This document shows positions 1 to 9,087 of a stretch of 64,000 nt of DNA, one piece after another. The position numbers and the translations under genes were made by a program. Origin of the DNA: Candidatus Thalassarchaeum sp. (GTDB taxonomy: Archaea; Thermoplasmatota; Poseidoniia; Poseidoniales; Thalassarchaeaceae); contig JBJLJN010000009.1 of the NCBI GenBank assembly GCA_045559735.1, positions 10,574 to 74,573 on the forward strand. Direction: 5' to 3'. Each line of letters begins with the position of its first letter. The stretch's first letter is position 1. The notes under the pieces are model-generated. The model was not told the origin of the DNA and did no database searches. It saw only the letters and a list, made by a program, of their open reading frames with translations.

Positions 1-1
1 C

Positions 2-730
2 GTCGTCGGGACCCCACAGACTCAGCACTTCAAGATGGTTTTCGAGGTCGCCAGCCAGGCTGGATTCATGAATGACACACACAACACTGCACATGTCAAG
101 TTCGGCTCGGTTCTGGACTCCGACGGCAAAATACTGAAGAGCCGTGAAGGGGAAGCAATCAAACTGGTAGATTTACTCAATGAGGCTGTTTCAAGGGCTG
201 AGCGGGCAATCGCTGACAGGAACCCTTCAATCCATAGCGATCAAAGGAAAGAAATCGCCAAAGCAATAGGTATCGGAGCTGTGAAGTACGCCGATCTCTC
301 TACTGAGAGGACAAAGGACTACGTCTTCGACTGGGACAGGATGCTGTCCTTCGATGGCAACACTTCTCCTTACCTACAGTATGCCCACGCTAGGATTTGC
401 AGCATTTTCCGCCGCTCAGACACTGACAGACCTCTGCCTGAAGACACAACCATCTCGATTGAACAACCCGAGGAAGCTCTGCTGGCAAGGCGTTTAATCA
501 ACTTCTCCGCGATGGTCGATGAATCCCTGTCCACTTATTCTCCACACCGTCTTTGCACATACCTCCATTCAGTAGCCTCAGCATTCGCTTCGTTCTACGA
601 GAACTGTCCAGTACTATCGTCCAAGGATGATGACACTAGGATGAGCCGATTGGTGCTTTGCGATCTAACCGCTAGGACTCTATACACTGGCTTGGATCTG
701 CTGGGGATTGAAAGTCCCGAGCAAATGTAA
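2..730 (+). CDS. argS: Arginyl-tRNA synthetase, C-terminal part (5' end outside window)
   Basis: The frame is open from base 2 to TAA 728-730. The translation (...QTQHFKMVFEVA...IGIGAVKYADLS...YLQYAHARICSIFRR...LGIESPEQM) fits the ArgRS core end plus the DALR anticodon-binding domain, including the typical terminal Met. Confidence 0.85.
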   Translation, partial: VVGTPQTQHFKMVFEVASQAGFMNDTHNTAHVKFGSVLDSDGKILKSREGEAIKLVDLLNEAVSRAERAIADRNPSIHSDQRKEIAKAIGIGAVKYADLSTERTKDYVFDWDRMLSFDGNTSPYLQYAHARICSIFRRSDTDRPLPEDTTISIEQPEEALLARRLINFSAMVDESLSTYSPHRLCTYLHSVASAFASFYENCPVLSSKDDDTRMSRLVLCDLTARTLYTGLDLLGIESPEQM

Positions 731-754
731 TCAGTCAGACCCCGTGGAGGTACC

Positions 755-1219
755 ATGCCCTCAGTAGGTGACATGGCCCCCGACTTCACACTGACTACTC
801 ACGACAAGTCTTCCGTGACTCTCAGTGAGATGAGAGGGGGCAAGGTGATTCTGGCATTCTTCCCGGCTGCCTTCACAGGAGTGTGCACCAAGGAGATGTG
901 CACTTTCACTGATGGCATGGCCAATCTGGACTCAAGTGGAGTAAGTGTTCTCGGAATATCTGTAGACGCTCCGTTTTCCAATGCTGCCTTTGCTGATGCC
1001 AATGGAATAAGTTTCCCACTGCTCTCGGATGTTCACAGGGAGGCAGTTGACGCCTACGATGTCGCACTCGGTGATTTCGTGATTCCCGGCTACACCGTCG
1101 CACAACGCTCAGTTTTCGTGGTTGAGTCTGATGGCAGTATCGGCTATGCTTGGGTTGCAGACAACCCGGGCATGGAGCCGGACTACGAGGCCGTAATGGC
1201 TCACTGCGCCTCGCCATAG
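755..1219 (+). CDS. Peroxiredoxin (AhpC/TSA-Bcp type thiol peroxidase)
   Basis: The protein is 154 aa. APDFTL...GKVILAFFPAAFTGVCTKEMC is the peroxidatic-Cys motif of Prx/redoxin proteins. Confidence 0.8.
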   Translation: MPSVGDMAPDFTLTTHDKSSVTLSEMRGGKVILAFFPAAFTGVCTKEMCTFTDGMANLDSSGVSVLGISVDAPFSNAAFADANGISFPLLSDVHREAVDAYDVALGDFVIPGYTVAQRSVFVVESDGSIGYAWVADNPGMEPDYEAVMAHCASP

Positions 1220-2784
1220 GATAGATATCTGACAATCGAGCCATAGACTACCCCTGACACGATGAGGCTCTCTTCGTTGAATCGATCCATACTGTCTAGG
1301 TAAGTGTGGTATTCAGCTGACCCAGAGCCGTAGCAGACCAGTGCCCTGCCGTATTCCTTGTCCTCGCCATCATCCTCGTCTATGTCGTAGACGAAGGGAG
1401 CGTGGTCGGAGTTGTATGGCATATCCGTCGAGGCTAACTTCATGATATTGATTGGATACTTATCTGCCAGTTCTGGGTAAACTTTGGAGAATGCTCTGAC
1501 GACCCCCGTGATGTAATCCACGTCCACTTGGTTGTTGCCGAACATAGTTAGTCCTGAGTTTCGCTCGACATCGACGTGATTCATGTCGAGGTTGATGTAG
1601 AGCCTGAGATTCTCTTCTAGCATTGTTCTATGCTTATCGACCCATTCTCTAGAGCCCCAGAGTCCCTCTTCCTCTCCTCCCCAGGTGCAGAAGTAAAGAG
1701 TCACATCAGGCATCCCTAGGCTGGACTCAAGTAATCCGAACTGCCTAGCTATTTCCTGTAGAGTGGCTACCCCTGAGGTGTCATCCACCGCGCCTTGTCC
1801 ATTGTACACCGTATCATGGTGAGCTCCGAAGATAACCAGAGACTCCGATTTACCCTCAATTATGCCGCATGGCACCCGAATGGTTGCCATGCCTCCGTTA
1901 TCGACATCGGTGATGAACTGCAGTCTAGCTTCTCCGTTGATTACCTCGTCGATAATGGTCTGACCGACACTCCTTGAGACCATGATGAATCCGAGTCCAT
2001 CGGGAATCGGATCTATCGAAGAGATTCCGACCGACTTGAAGTAAGGGACGCAGTCATCGGCAACTAGGTCGTCACAATTCTGCCGGTCATTGATCAGAAT
2101 CAACCCCGCTAGGTCGTTCTCTGCTGCACGCTCAAACAGAACGGTATTGCTTTCGGTCTCGGGCTGTAGCCAGACTAGCCCGACTGCGTTAGAAGCCGAG
2201 CCCCAGTCGGCGGTGTCATTACCCGTCCCCAAGTCGATAACGTCCATGTCGTCGACATAGCGGACGAAGGACGAGCCGCTGTAGCCCTGCAGTACGAATT
2301 CCTCCCTGTGATTGAATTCAACAATCTGGCGATTTATGTCCGCCGATGTGCAGGGTGTAGGGCCGCCGATGATGACTCCGATGTCTCCGGGCGTACATAG
2401 TGAGAGCTCAGGTTCGTTTCCTATGATGAACATGGGCACATCGAACTCTTCGAGTGTCGAAGGTATCCCCATCGATGTGAAGTTGAGCTTAATCGAATCG
2501 GCAGTGTTCTTCTCTTCTATCGTGCCCGATAGTCTGCCCTCCCACTCGGGATGGCCCAAATCGACGAGAGCTTGTGCGTAAGCCCTAGTCTGCTCTGCAT
2601 CAAAATCAATTAGTTGATAATCAGGCTCCCCCTTAATCCAGTCGACTATTCGGTCCCCGTAGAGCACCGCTCCACCCGAGCCTCCAATTAGTATCAGAGC
2701 ACTCACCACCAGTACCTGAATCGGCAATTCCTTGATCTGAGTCACAAGAGTAGATACTCGCCCACTCATACTTGAGGGGGCCAT
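1201..2784 (-). CDS. Membrane-anchored M28-family aminopeptidase with PA-like insert
   Basis: Zn-ligand motifs of M28 are present: FGAHHDTV..GAVDDTSGVA, WGGEEEGLWGSREW and NLDM. There is an N-terminal hydrophobic anchor (IQVLVVSALILIGG). The ORF opens at TTG 2877; ATG 2782-2784 is preferred, so the start is uncertain. It overlaps the convergent peroxiredoxin 3' end by 19 nt. Confidence 0.75.
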   Translation of the reverse strand: MAPSSMSGRVSTLVTQIKELPIQVLVVSALILIGGSGGAVLYGDRIVDWIKGEPDYQLIDFDAEQTRAYAQALVDLGHPEWEGRLSGTIEEKNTADSIKLNFTSMGIPSTLEEFDVPMFIIGNEPELSLCTPGDIGVIIGGPTPCTSADINRQIVEFNHREEFVLQGYSGSSFVRYVDDMDVIDLGTGNDTADWGSASNAVGLVWLQPETESNTVLFERAAENDLAGLILINDRQNCDDLVADDCVPYFKSVGISSIDPIPDGLGFIMVSRSVGQTIIDEVINGEARLQFITDVDNGGMATIRVPCGIIEGKSESLVIFGAHHDTVYNGQGAVDDTSGVATLQEIARQFGLLESSLGMPDVTLYFCTWGGEEEGLWGSREWVDKHRTMLEENLRLYINLDMNHVDVERNSGLTMFGNNQVDVDYITGVVRAFSKVYPELADKYPINIMKLASTDMPYNSDHAPFVYDIDEDDGEDKEYGRALVCYGSGSAEYHTYLDSMDRFNEESLIVSGVVYGSIVRYLSYGEAQ

Positions 2785-2883
2785 CTCAGCCTCGATGGCA
2801 CCATCTGCGGCATCCGATTCCACGGTCTGCCCCGACTGAACCCGTCTATTGAACCCACGCTGAATCTGAACGCGCAAAACGGA

Positions 2884-3462
2884 TTATTCTCTTGAGACCT
2901 CTTCACCAGTCCATCGTTTGCCTATCGAGTGTTTGACCCTCATCTGGTCGAGAATCCTTGCTACTACGAAGTCGACGAGGTCATCTATGCTCTCAGGAGA
3001 GTGATAAAAGCCCGGGCTCGCGGGCAGGATCACCACACCCCAAGCAGACATCTTCGCCATGGCCTCAAGATGGGGAGTAGCCACAGGAGACTCGCGAGGA
3101 ACGAGTATTAACTTCCGTCTCTCCTTGAGTGCCACAAGTGCGCTGCGAGTGACCAAGTTGTCCGATATTCCCGCGGCTATCTTACCGATTGTTGTGCCGC
3201 TGGCGGGACAGACCACGCAGGCCTCGTATCTAGCCGATCCTGACGCCGATTTAGCTGCGAGATTACGATTATCCTCAAGGCTCACTCCGTCCCGATTAGC
3301 CAGTTCCTCAGGAGTGATGCCGCACTCCAAGTCCAGATTGATTGCACCTGCATTGGTGACAATGAGGCTGATCTCCCAGCCTGCATCTAGCAGCCCATCT
3401 AGCAGGCGTACGCCGTACTGAGCCCCGGATGCACCAGTGATTGCAACAACTGCCTCGGGCAT
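2884..3462 (-). CDS. ubiX: Flavin prenyltransferase UbiX
   Basis: The protein is 192 aa. It has the N-terminal AITGASGAQYGVRLL motif and the overall flavoprotein (UbiX/Pad1) pattern. Confidence 0.85.
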   Translation of the reverse strand: MPEAVVAITGASGAQYGVRLLDGLLDAGWEISLIVTNAGAINLDLECGITPEELANRDGVSLEDNRNLAAKSASGSARYEACVVCPASGTTIGKIAAGISDNLVTRSALVALKERRKLILVPRESPVATPHLEAMAKMSAWGVVILPASPGFYHSPESIDDLVDFVVARILDQMRVKHSIGKRWTGEEVSRE

Positions 3463-3504
3463 ACTATTCCGTCCCTCTCTTTGGCCTTGAATGGTTGCAT
3501 TGGC

Positions 3505-4695
3505 TCACAAACTGTCAGTCAGCACATCAGCCAGATACCTGTACTCGTCTATGTGATTGTATAATTGAGCAGATATTCGGATGTATTTCGTGCCATGGTG
3601 CCGCCATGGCATCACAGGCACTTGAATTGAGTATTCGTCGAGCAAGTAGTTGTGAAACGGATCACCATCAAGACTCATTTGACCGACCTCCTCATCTGTC
3701 GGGATTTCCACCGATGCCAGTGCGGAAACCATCGAGTCTGGAACTGGTGGAGTAGTGCCCAAGGCGTCACAAATCAGATTTCTTCCTTGTAGTGCAAGCT
3801 CTCGATTAAGATTCATTATCTTAGGCCATCCACCATCGACTAGTCCCTCCATGAAACTCATCGCCTTGGGGATGCATAGCCAGGGAGTCGGGTCTTGAGT
3901 GCCTGGCCAAGCGAACTCGAACTCAAATTTCTCCTGAGCTGTTCCCTCGAATGAGAAACCGTGGCTGATGTTGAGTGGGTGAATCAAGTCCTTGCGATCC
4001 TTGCGGATATGCAGGAACGCTGACCCCTTGGGTGAGCATGCCCACTTGTGGAAGTTGCCGACGCAGTAAGCAGGTTCGAGCCTATCAAGGTCGATTGGGA
4101 CGATGCCCGGGCCGTGAGCTGCATCTAGCAGAACATCGACACCTCTTGACTGCAGACGATTGGTCAGTTCCTCAAACGGCATCCTACTTCCCGTAGGACT
4201 TGTCACGGTATCGATGAGGGCCAGAACCGTCCTTTCTGTCACTGCCTCCATTATCAGATCGATGACTTGCTTAGGATTTTCAACTCTGAATGGAATTTCG
4301 ACTACTACCGTCTTGGCCCCCGATCTCCCAGTAACATAGTCGACTGCGTTCCAGCATGCTTGGTAGGAGTGATCTGGGACGATTATTTCGTCCCCCGGCC
4401 TTAGGTCGAGGCTTCGAAGTATGGTGTTGACACCCTGAGTGGCATTGCTGACGAAGGCCATTCCATCCACATCGGCATTCAGCATTCGGGCGACAGCCGA
4501 CCTCGATTCGTCCCACATGTCTGAGTATTCTCTCTCAAAGAACCTGACTGGATCCCTCTCCAAAAGGCCCCTGAACCGCCCTTGCTCTTCAAGCACCTCT
4601 GAGGGAGTGGCTCCAAAGGAACCATGATTCAGGAATACGGTTTGAGGGTCCAAGGGCCAATGATGGGCTAAATCGCTTCTGCGAGGCAGCCTCAT
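3505..4695 (-). CDS. Class-V fold PLP-dependent enzyme (isopenicillin-N-epimerase / cysteine-desulfurase-like, lacking the desulfurase Cys)
   Basis: LNHGSFGATP and NFHKWACSPKGSAFL (PLP lysine) are present. The C-terminal WRHHGTKYIRISAQLYN aligns with the SufS-type GHHC...R.S...YN region but has Gly in place of Cys. ATG 4693-4695 overlaps the lipB TGA 4692-4694 (ATGA), so this start is preferred over 4716. Confidence 0.75.
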   Translation of the reverse strand: MRLPRRSDLAHHWPLDPQTVFLNHGSFGATPSEVLEEQGRFRGLLERDPVRFFEREYSDMWDESRSAVARMLNADVDGMAFVSNATQGVNTILRSLDLRPGDEIIVPDHSYQACWNAVDYVTGRSGAKTVVVEIPFRVENPKQVIDLIMEAVTERTVLALIDTVTSPTGSRMPFEELTNRLQSRGVDVLLDAAHGPGIVPIDLDRLEPAYCVGNFHKWACSPKGSAFLHIRKDRKDLIHPLNISHGFSFEGTAQEKFEFEFAWPGTQDPTPWLCIPKAMSFMEGLVDGGWPKIMNLNRELALQGRNLICDALGTTPPVPDSMVSALASVEIPTDEEVGQMSLDGDPFHNYLLDEYSIQVPVMPWRHHGTKYIRISAQLYNHIDEYRYLADVLTDSL

Positions 4696-5366
4696 GCGAG
4701 CATCCCCGGTGTCCACTCAACGGGCTCCGAGGGAAATCTCCCAAGATGATTCTCACAAGTCTCAATGAGCGCTTCTTCCATCCTTGCAAGTCCCATGTAT
4801 CTGCCCTGTGAATCAGTCTCGTATCCAAGTTGTGAGAGGCTCGTGTGCACGCCAGCTGTCATCCCACACCCCGCTAGGTCCTCAACCCTAGTGCCAGGAG
4901 TCCTCACATTGATTGACATGCCATGCCGACTAACCCAATGCAAGAAAGATAGCCCTATCGAGCACACTTTGTGCCCGTCAACCCAGACTCCTTGCATTGA
5001 TGGGTCCTTGTAAGCGCTGATACCACACTGGTCCAGAGCATCGATTGCCCAGTCCTCAAGCCTCCCAATGATTGCTCGAATACTCTGCTCCTCGATTCCC
5101 CACTTGATGATTGGATATGCTACTAATTGACCGGGCCCATGCCAAGTGATTCCACCACCTCGGTCAGTAGTCACCGTCGGATAACCTTCCACAACTACGC
5201 CGTCACGAATCGCCTTAGGTCCGACCGTGACGATTTCGGGATGCTCGACCATGATTATGGTATCAGGTATTTTGTCGTCGATTCTGAGTTGCTGAAGAAT
5301 CTTCATCTCGTCGGCCATGACGGTATGCTCGACCATCCCCGCTCTGAGGATTCTGACATCTCTCAT
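4692..5366 (-). CDS. lipB: Octanoyltransferase (lipoate-protein ligase B)
   Basis: RGGGITWHGPGQLVAYPI and HKVCSIG (catalytic Cys region) are present. Confidence 0.85.
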   Translation of the reverse strand: MRDVRILRAGMVEHTVMADEMKILQQLRIDDKIPDTIIMVEHPEIVTVGPKAIRDGVVVEGYPTVTTDRGGGITWHGPGQLVAYPIIKWGIEEQSIRAIIGRLEDWAIDALDQCGISAYKDPSMQGVWVDGHKVCSIGLSFLHWVSRHGMSINVRTPGTRVEDLAGCGMTAGVHTSLSQLGYETDSQGRYMGLARMEEALIETCENHLGRFPSEPVEWTPGMLA

Positions 5367-5375
5367 TCTCTCACC

Positions 5376-6812
5376 TCAAGTGATGTGGATGGCATGCCCA
5401 AGGGTCTTCAAGACACTCTCGTGGAAAGCCTCAGACATTGTGGGGTGAGCATGAACAGTGTCTGCCACATCCTCGAGGAGAGCTCCCATCTCTAATGCGA
5501 GGACAAACTCAGCGTGCAACTCGGCTACATGCGTACCTACTGCCTGAACGCCCAGAATCACATGATCTGACTCTCTGGCAGTAACTCGGATAAATCCTCC
5601 AGTCTTTTCTGCCTCTATGCTCAGAGCGCGGCCACTGGCCGCTAGTGGGAACTTGCCCACGATTATCTCCTCACCGCGCTCTTTGGCCTCGTCGGGGGTA
5701 AGTCCGACTGTGATAATCTCAGGCTCGGTGAATACGATTGCAGGGATGGCAACCTTGTCGAACTCGCGCTCACGTCCAGAGATGATCTCGGCCACCATCT
5801 CTCCCTCGGCGCTGGCCTTGTGAGCAAGCATAGGCTCACCAGCCACATCTCCTATCGCGTAAACTCCAGGAACTGAGGTCCGGCATTTACGGTCGATTCT
5901 GATGAAACGACCCGAGGCATCCATTCGAACGCCCATATTCTCCAATCCCCATCCTTTGGTATTCGGACTCCTGCCTACTGTCACAAGGACCTTGTCGACC
6001 TTGATAGACTCCTCCTCGCCATCCTTCTCGAAAGTCAACTCGACTTTTCTCGCAGCGCCTTTACCCTTGACCTCTGCACCCCGTGCCAGAGCATTGGTGT
6101 GAACAGTCACTCCGTGCTTCTTTAGCCACAACTCAAGAGGCCTACGAATCTCCTTATCCATGATTGCAAGTATGCTGTCCAAGCCCTCGACCACCGTTAC
6201 CTTGGTACCTAACTTGGTCAGGGCGCACCCTAATTCTAGTCCGATATAGCCACCACCAACTACGGCAACACTCTTGGGTAGGCCGTCGAGGTCTAGAGCC
6301 CCTGTTGAGGAGATAATAAACTCCTCATCGCATGGCATGAAAGGCAAATCGATGTGACTGGAGCCAGTAGCGATGATGACGTTTTCAGCCTCGATATTGA
6401 CCTCGCCATCAGAAGTCTTTACGCTACAACTCTTGGGTCCCGTGAAAGTAGCCCAGCCTTTGACCAACTCTACCCCAGCCGCACTCAGTAGGCCCTCAAC
6501 TCCCTTGTTAAGGCGATCAACGATACTATCTTTCCAGGAAACTAGGGCGGCCATGTCGACTACAGGCTCTCCTTCAACCGAGATGCCCATATGTCCATCT
6601 CCGGAGCTGTGCTGCTGCAAGGCATCGAAACGATCTGCTGCGTGAATCATTGCCTTGCTTGGGATACAGCCTCTGATTAGACAGGTCCCTCCAGCCTTAT
6701 CACCTTCTACGACAACTGTCTCCAGTCCAAGCTGACCAGCTCTGATGCCAGCGACATATCCTCCAGGGCCCGCTCCCACGACTAGAACTTGGCACCTGCG
6801 AGTCTCAGACAT
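5376..6812 (-). CDS. lpdA: Dihydrolipoyl dehydrogenase (E3)
   Basis: VVGAGPGGY (FAD site), the GGTCLIRGCIPSK redox disulfide, a second GGGYIGLE dinucleotide fold, and the C-terminal HAHPTMSE interface motif are all present. Confidence 0.92.
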   Translation of the reverse strand: MSETRRCQVLVVGAGPGGYVAGIRAGQLGLETVVVEGDKAGGTCLIRGCIPSKAMIHAADRFDALQQHSSGDGHMGISVEGEPVVDMAALVSWKDSIVDRLNKGVEGLLSAAGVELVKGWATFTGPKSCSVKTSDGEVNIEAENVIIATGSSHIDLPFMPCDEEFIISSTGALDLDGLPKSVAVVGGGYIGLELGCALTKLGTKVTVVEGLDSILAIMDKEIRRPLELWLKKHGVTVHTNALARGAEVKGKGAARKVELTFEKDGEEESIKVDKVLVTVGRSPNTKGWGLENMGVRMDASGRFIRIDRKCRTSVPGVYAIGDVAGEPMLAHKASAEGEMVAEIISGREREFDKVAIPAIVFTEPEIITVGLTPDEAKERGEEIIVGKFPLAASGRALSIEAEKTGGFIRVTARESDHVILGVQAVGTHVAELHAEFVLALEMGALLEDVADTVHAHPTMSEAFHESVLKTLGHAIHIT

Positions 6813-6819
6813 ACGAACC

Positions 6820-8076
6820 TCACATGAATATCAGGGCAGGGTACTCGAGGAATCTTCTGAGGTGTTGAATCAAGGCTGCCCCATCAGCTCCGTCTACCAC
6901 TCTATGGTCGAATGCGCTGGAGAGATTCATGATTTTGCGAACCACAATATGGCCCTCTCTGACCACCGGCATATCGCGAGCCTTGTGGACTCCTAGGATT
7001 GAGACCTCCGGGTGGTTGATAATCGGAGTCGCTCCCAAACCGCCTTCTCGCCCTAGGCTCGTAATAGTGAAAGTAGAACCGGTGAGATCATCCAGACTGG
7101 CGCTCCCCTCCCTTGCCGCACCTGAGACTCTCTGCATCTCTGCTGCAGTCTGCCAGATATCGAGAGACTCGACATGCTTGACTACTGGGACATAGAGCCC
7201 CCTCTCAGTCTGAGTGGCTATTCCAAGATGCACGCCGCCATGCCTCCTGACAATTCCCTCATCGTCACTGAAGTGAGCATTGCACTCGGGATGATCTGGC
7301 ATGATTCTCGAAAGTGCCAGCATGATGAATGGAAGGTATGTTAGTTTGGGCTGACTGGGGTCACGTGTGGAATTAAGCATTCGGCGCAGAGACTCTAGCT
7401 CAGTGACATCAACCTCCTCGAAGTAGGAGAAGTGTGGAATCCTGCTCTTGGAGAGTGTCATCTGCTCAGATATCTTACGTCGCAGACCGACCACCTTCAC
7501 GTCAGTTACATCGCTCCGCTTGGTCGAGTATGCTATTGGGGCAGCCCCGGCCACAGATCCTCCTGCTGCGATGAATGCATCGAGATCTGCATGTCTTATT
7601 CTTCCAGCTGGACCTGAACCTCTCACTTGAGAGAGTTCCACACCAGCCTCACGGGCACGACGTCTAACCGCTGGACTTGCCAGAACTCTTCCGGAGTTTG
7701 ACGTAGCTGGTGTGGAGGCAGGTGCAGGCGCTGTTGTAGGAGGTGCAACGGGCTCAGATACTGGTTCCGGCTCTGGCTCATGAGTAGGCTCAGATACCGG
7801 CTCTGGTACTTGCTCAGGAGGTGCCGGGGTGCTACCTCCCGTGTCGAACTCTACGAGGGTCGAGCCCACAGCCACCATGTCTCCGACATCACCGCTCAGA
7901 GAGGTGATAGTGCCGTTGACTGGAGATGGTATCGTCACTGTAGCCTTGTCAGTCATGACGTCCACTATCTGATCGTCCTCTAAGACGGAATCGCCTACGG
8001 AAACGTGCCACTGGACGACTTCTCCCTCGACAACCCCCTCGCCGATATCTGGAAGTTTGAACAAGTGATTCGACAT
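6820..8076 (-). CDS. 2-oxoacid dehydrogenase E2 (dihydrolipoamide acyltransferase), single lipoyl domain
   Basis: The lipoyl-lysine motif DVMTDKATVTIPSP, a Pro/Glu/Ala-rich linker, a peripheral-subunit-binding segment (LASPAVRRRAREAGVEL) and the catalytic DHRVVDGA motif are present. Confidence 0.92.
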   Translation of the reverse strand: MSNHLFKLPDIGEGVVEGEVVQWHVSVGDSVLEDDQIVDVMTDKATVTIPSPVNGTITSLSGDVGDMVAVGSTLVEFDTGGSTPAPPEQVPEPVSEPTHEPEPEPVSEPVAPPTTAPAPASTPATSNSGRVLASPAVRRRAREAGVELSQVRGSGPAGRIRHADLDAFIAAGGSVAGAAPIAYSTKRSDVTDVKVVGLRRKISEQMTLSKSRIPHFSYFEEVDVTELESLRRMLNSTRDPSQPKLTYLPFIMLALSRIMPDHPECNAHFSDDEGIVRRHGGVHLGIATQTERGLYVPVVKHVESLDIWQTAAEMQRVSGAAREGSASLDDLTGSTFTITSLGREGGLGATPIINHPEVSILGVHKARDMPVVREGHIVVRKIMNLSSAFDHRVVDGADGAALIQHLRRFLEYPALIFM

Positions 8077-9087
8077 CTAATCCACCTGCGTCCTGCGTAT
8101 CGCCTCGGCTATGCGAGAGGGTCCCGGCATGTAATCCCATTCAGTAGTATGGGGGAAGGGTGTGTCCCATCCCGTGACTCTCTGTATGGGGCTCTCGAGG
8201 TTGTAGAAGCACCTCTCCTGGACAGAAGCAGCCATCTCAGCTCCGAACCCGCTAGTCTTGGGAGCCTCGTGTACAATCACGCACCGACCTGTCTTCTCAA
8301 TCGAGTTTACGACCGCTTCACGGTCCCATGGGACTAGGGTTTGTAGGTCGATGAGATCACATGAAACTCCGCTATCCTTGATTCCTTGCTCACACACGTG
8401 AACCATAGCCCCCCATGCAATCACAGTGCAGCCATCGCCTTCCATCGCTAATCTGGCTTCACCCAGAGGGACGATGTAGTGGGCTTCGGGGACCTCAGCC
8501 TCAGGGTGTCCCTCCCAAGTAGGGACATTGTGAGGGTCGCCGTAAAACGGTCCTCTGTAGCAGCGCTTGGGCTCGAAGAAGATTACCGGATCATCGCTCT
8601 CGATGGCGCTGATTAGCAATCCTTTCGCATTGTATGGAGTCGAGCAGTATGCGACCTTGAGGCCGGGGGTATGGGTGAACTGTGATTCCGGAGACTGGGA
8701 GTGGTGGTGTCCTCCCCTGATTCCGCCACCTGCGGGTGTGCGTACGGTGACCGGGGACCAGTACTCGCCACCAGAGCGATGCCTGATTTTGGCCAGTTCG
8801 TTGACAATCTGGTCGTAGGCCGGGAAGATGTAGTCAGCGAACTGGATCTCGACCACCGGCCTGAGGCCATTGAGGCCCATGCCGAAGGCCGTGGATAGTA
8901 TTCCGCCCTCTGAGAGGGGAGAGTCGAAGACACGGTGCTCTCCGTGTTTAGCTTGGAGTCCGTCTGTGGTTCGGAAAACACCCCCAAAGTAGCCGACATC
9001 CTCTCCGAAGACAATCACTCCGTCGTCGTTTTGGAGCATTATGTCCAATGCGTTATTGAGGGACTGAATCATATTCATGCTAGTCAT
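8077..9087 (-). CDS. 2-oxoacid dehydrogenase E1 beta subunit
   Basis: The protein is 336 aa with a transketolase-like pyrimidine-binding pattern (VFGEDVGYFGGVFRTT..., FDSPLSEGGI). It abuts the E2 start and overlaps the E1alpha stop by 8 nt. Confidence 0.9.
   Translation of the reverse strand: MTSMNMIQSLNNALDIMLQNDDGVIVFGEDVGYFGGVFRTTDGLQAKHGEHRVFDSPLSEGGILSTAFGMGLNGLRPVVEIQFADYIFPAYDQIVNELAKIRHRSGGEYWSPVTVRTPAGGGIRGGHHHSQSPESQFTHTPGLKVAYCSTPYNAKGLLISAIESDDPVIFFEPKRCYRGPFYGDPHNVPTWEGHPEAEVPEAHYIVPLGEARLAMEGDGCTVIAWGAMVHVCEQGIKDSGVSCDLIDLQTLVPWDREAVVNSIEKTGRCVIVHEAPKTSGFGAEMAASVQERCFYNLESPIQRVTGWDTPFPHTTEWDYMPGPSRIAEAIRRTQVD

Noticed and set aside
8613-9014. 133-aa alternative-frame ORF within E1beta on the same strand
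   Set aside because: The E1beta frame is unambiguous from its motifs, and the alternative frame gives a low-complexity Ser/Thr/Arg-rich product.
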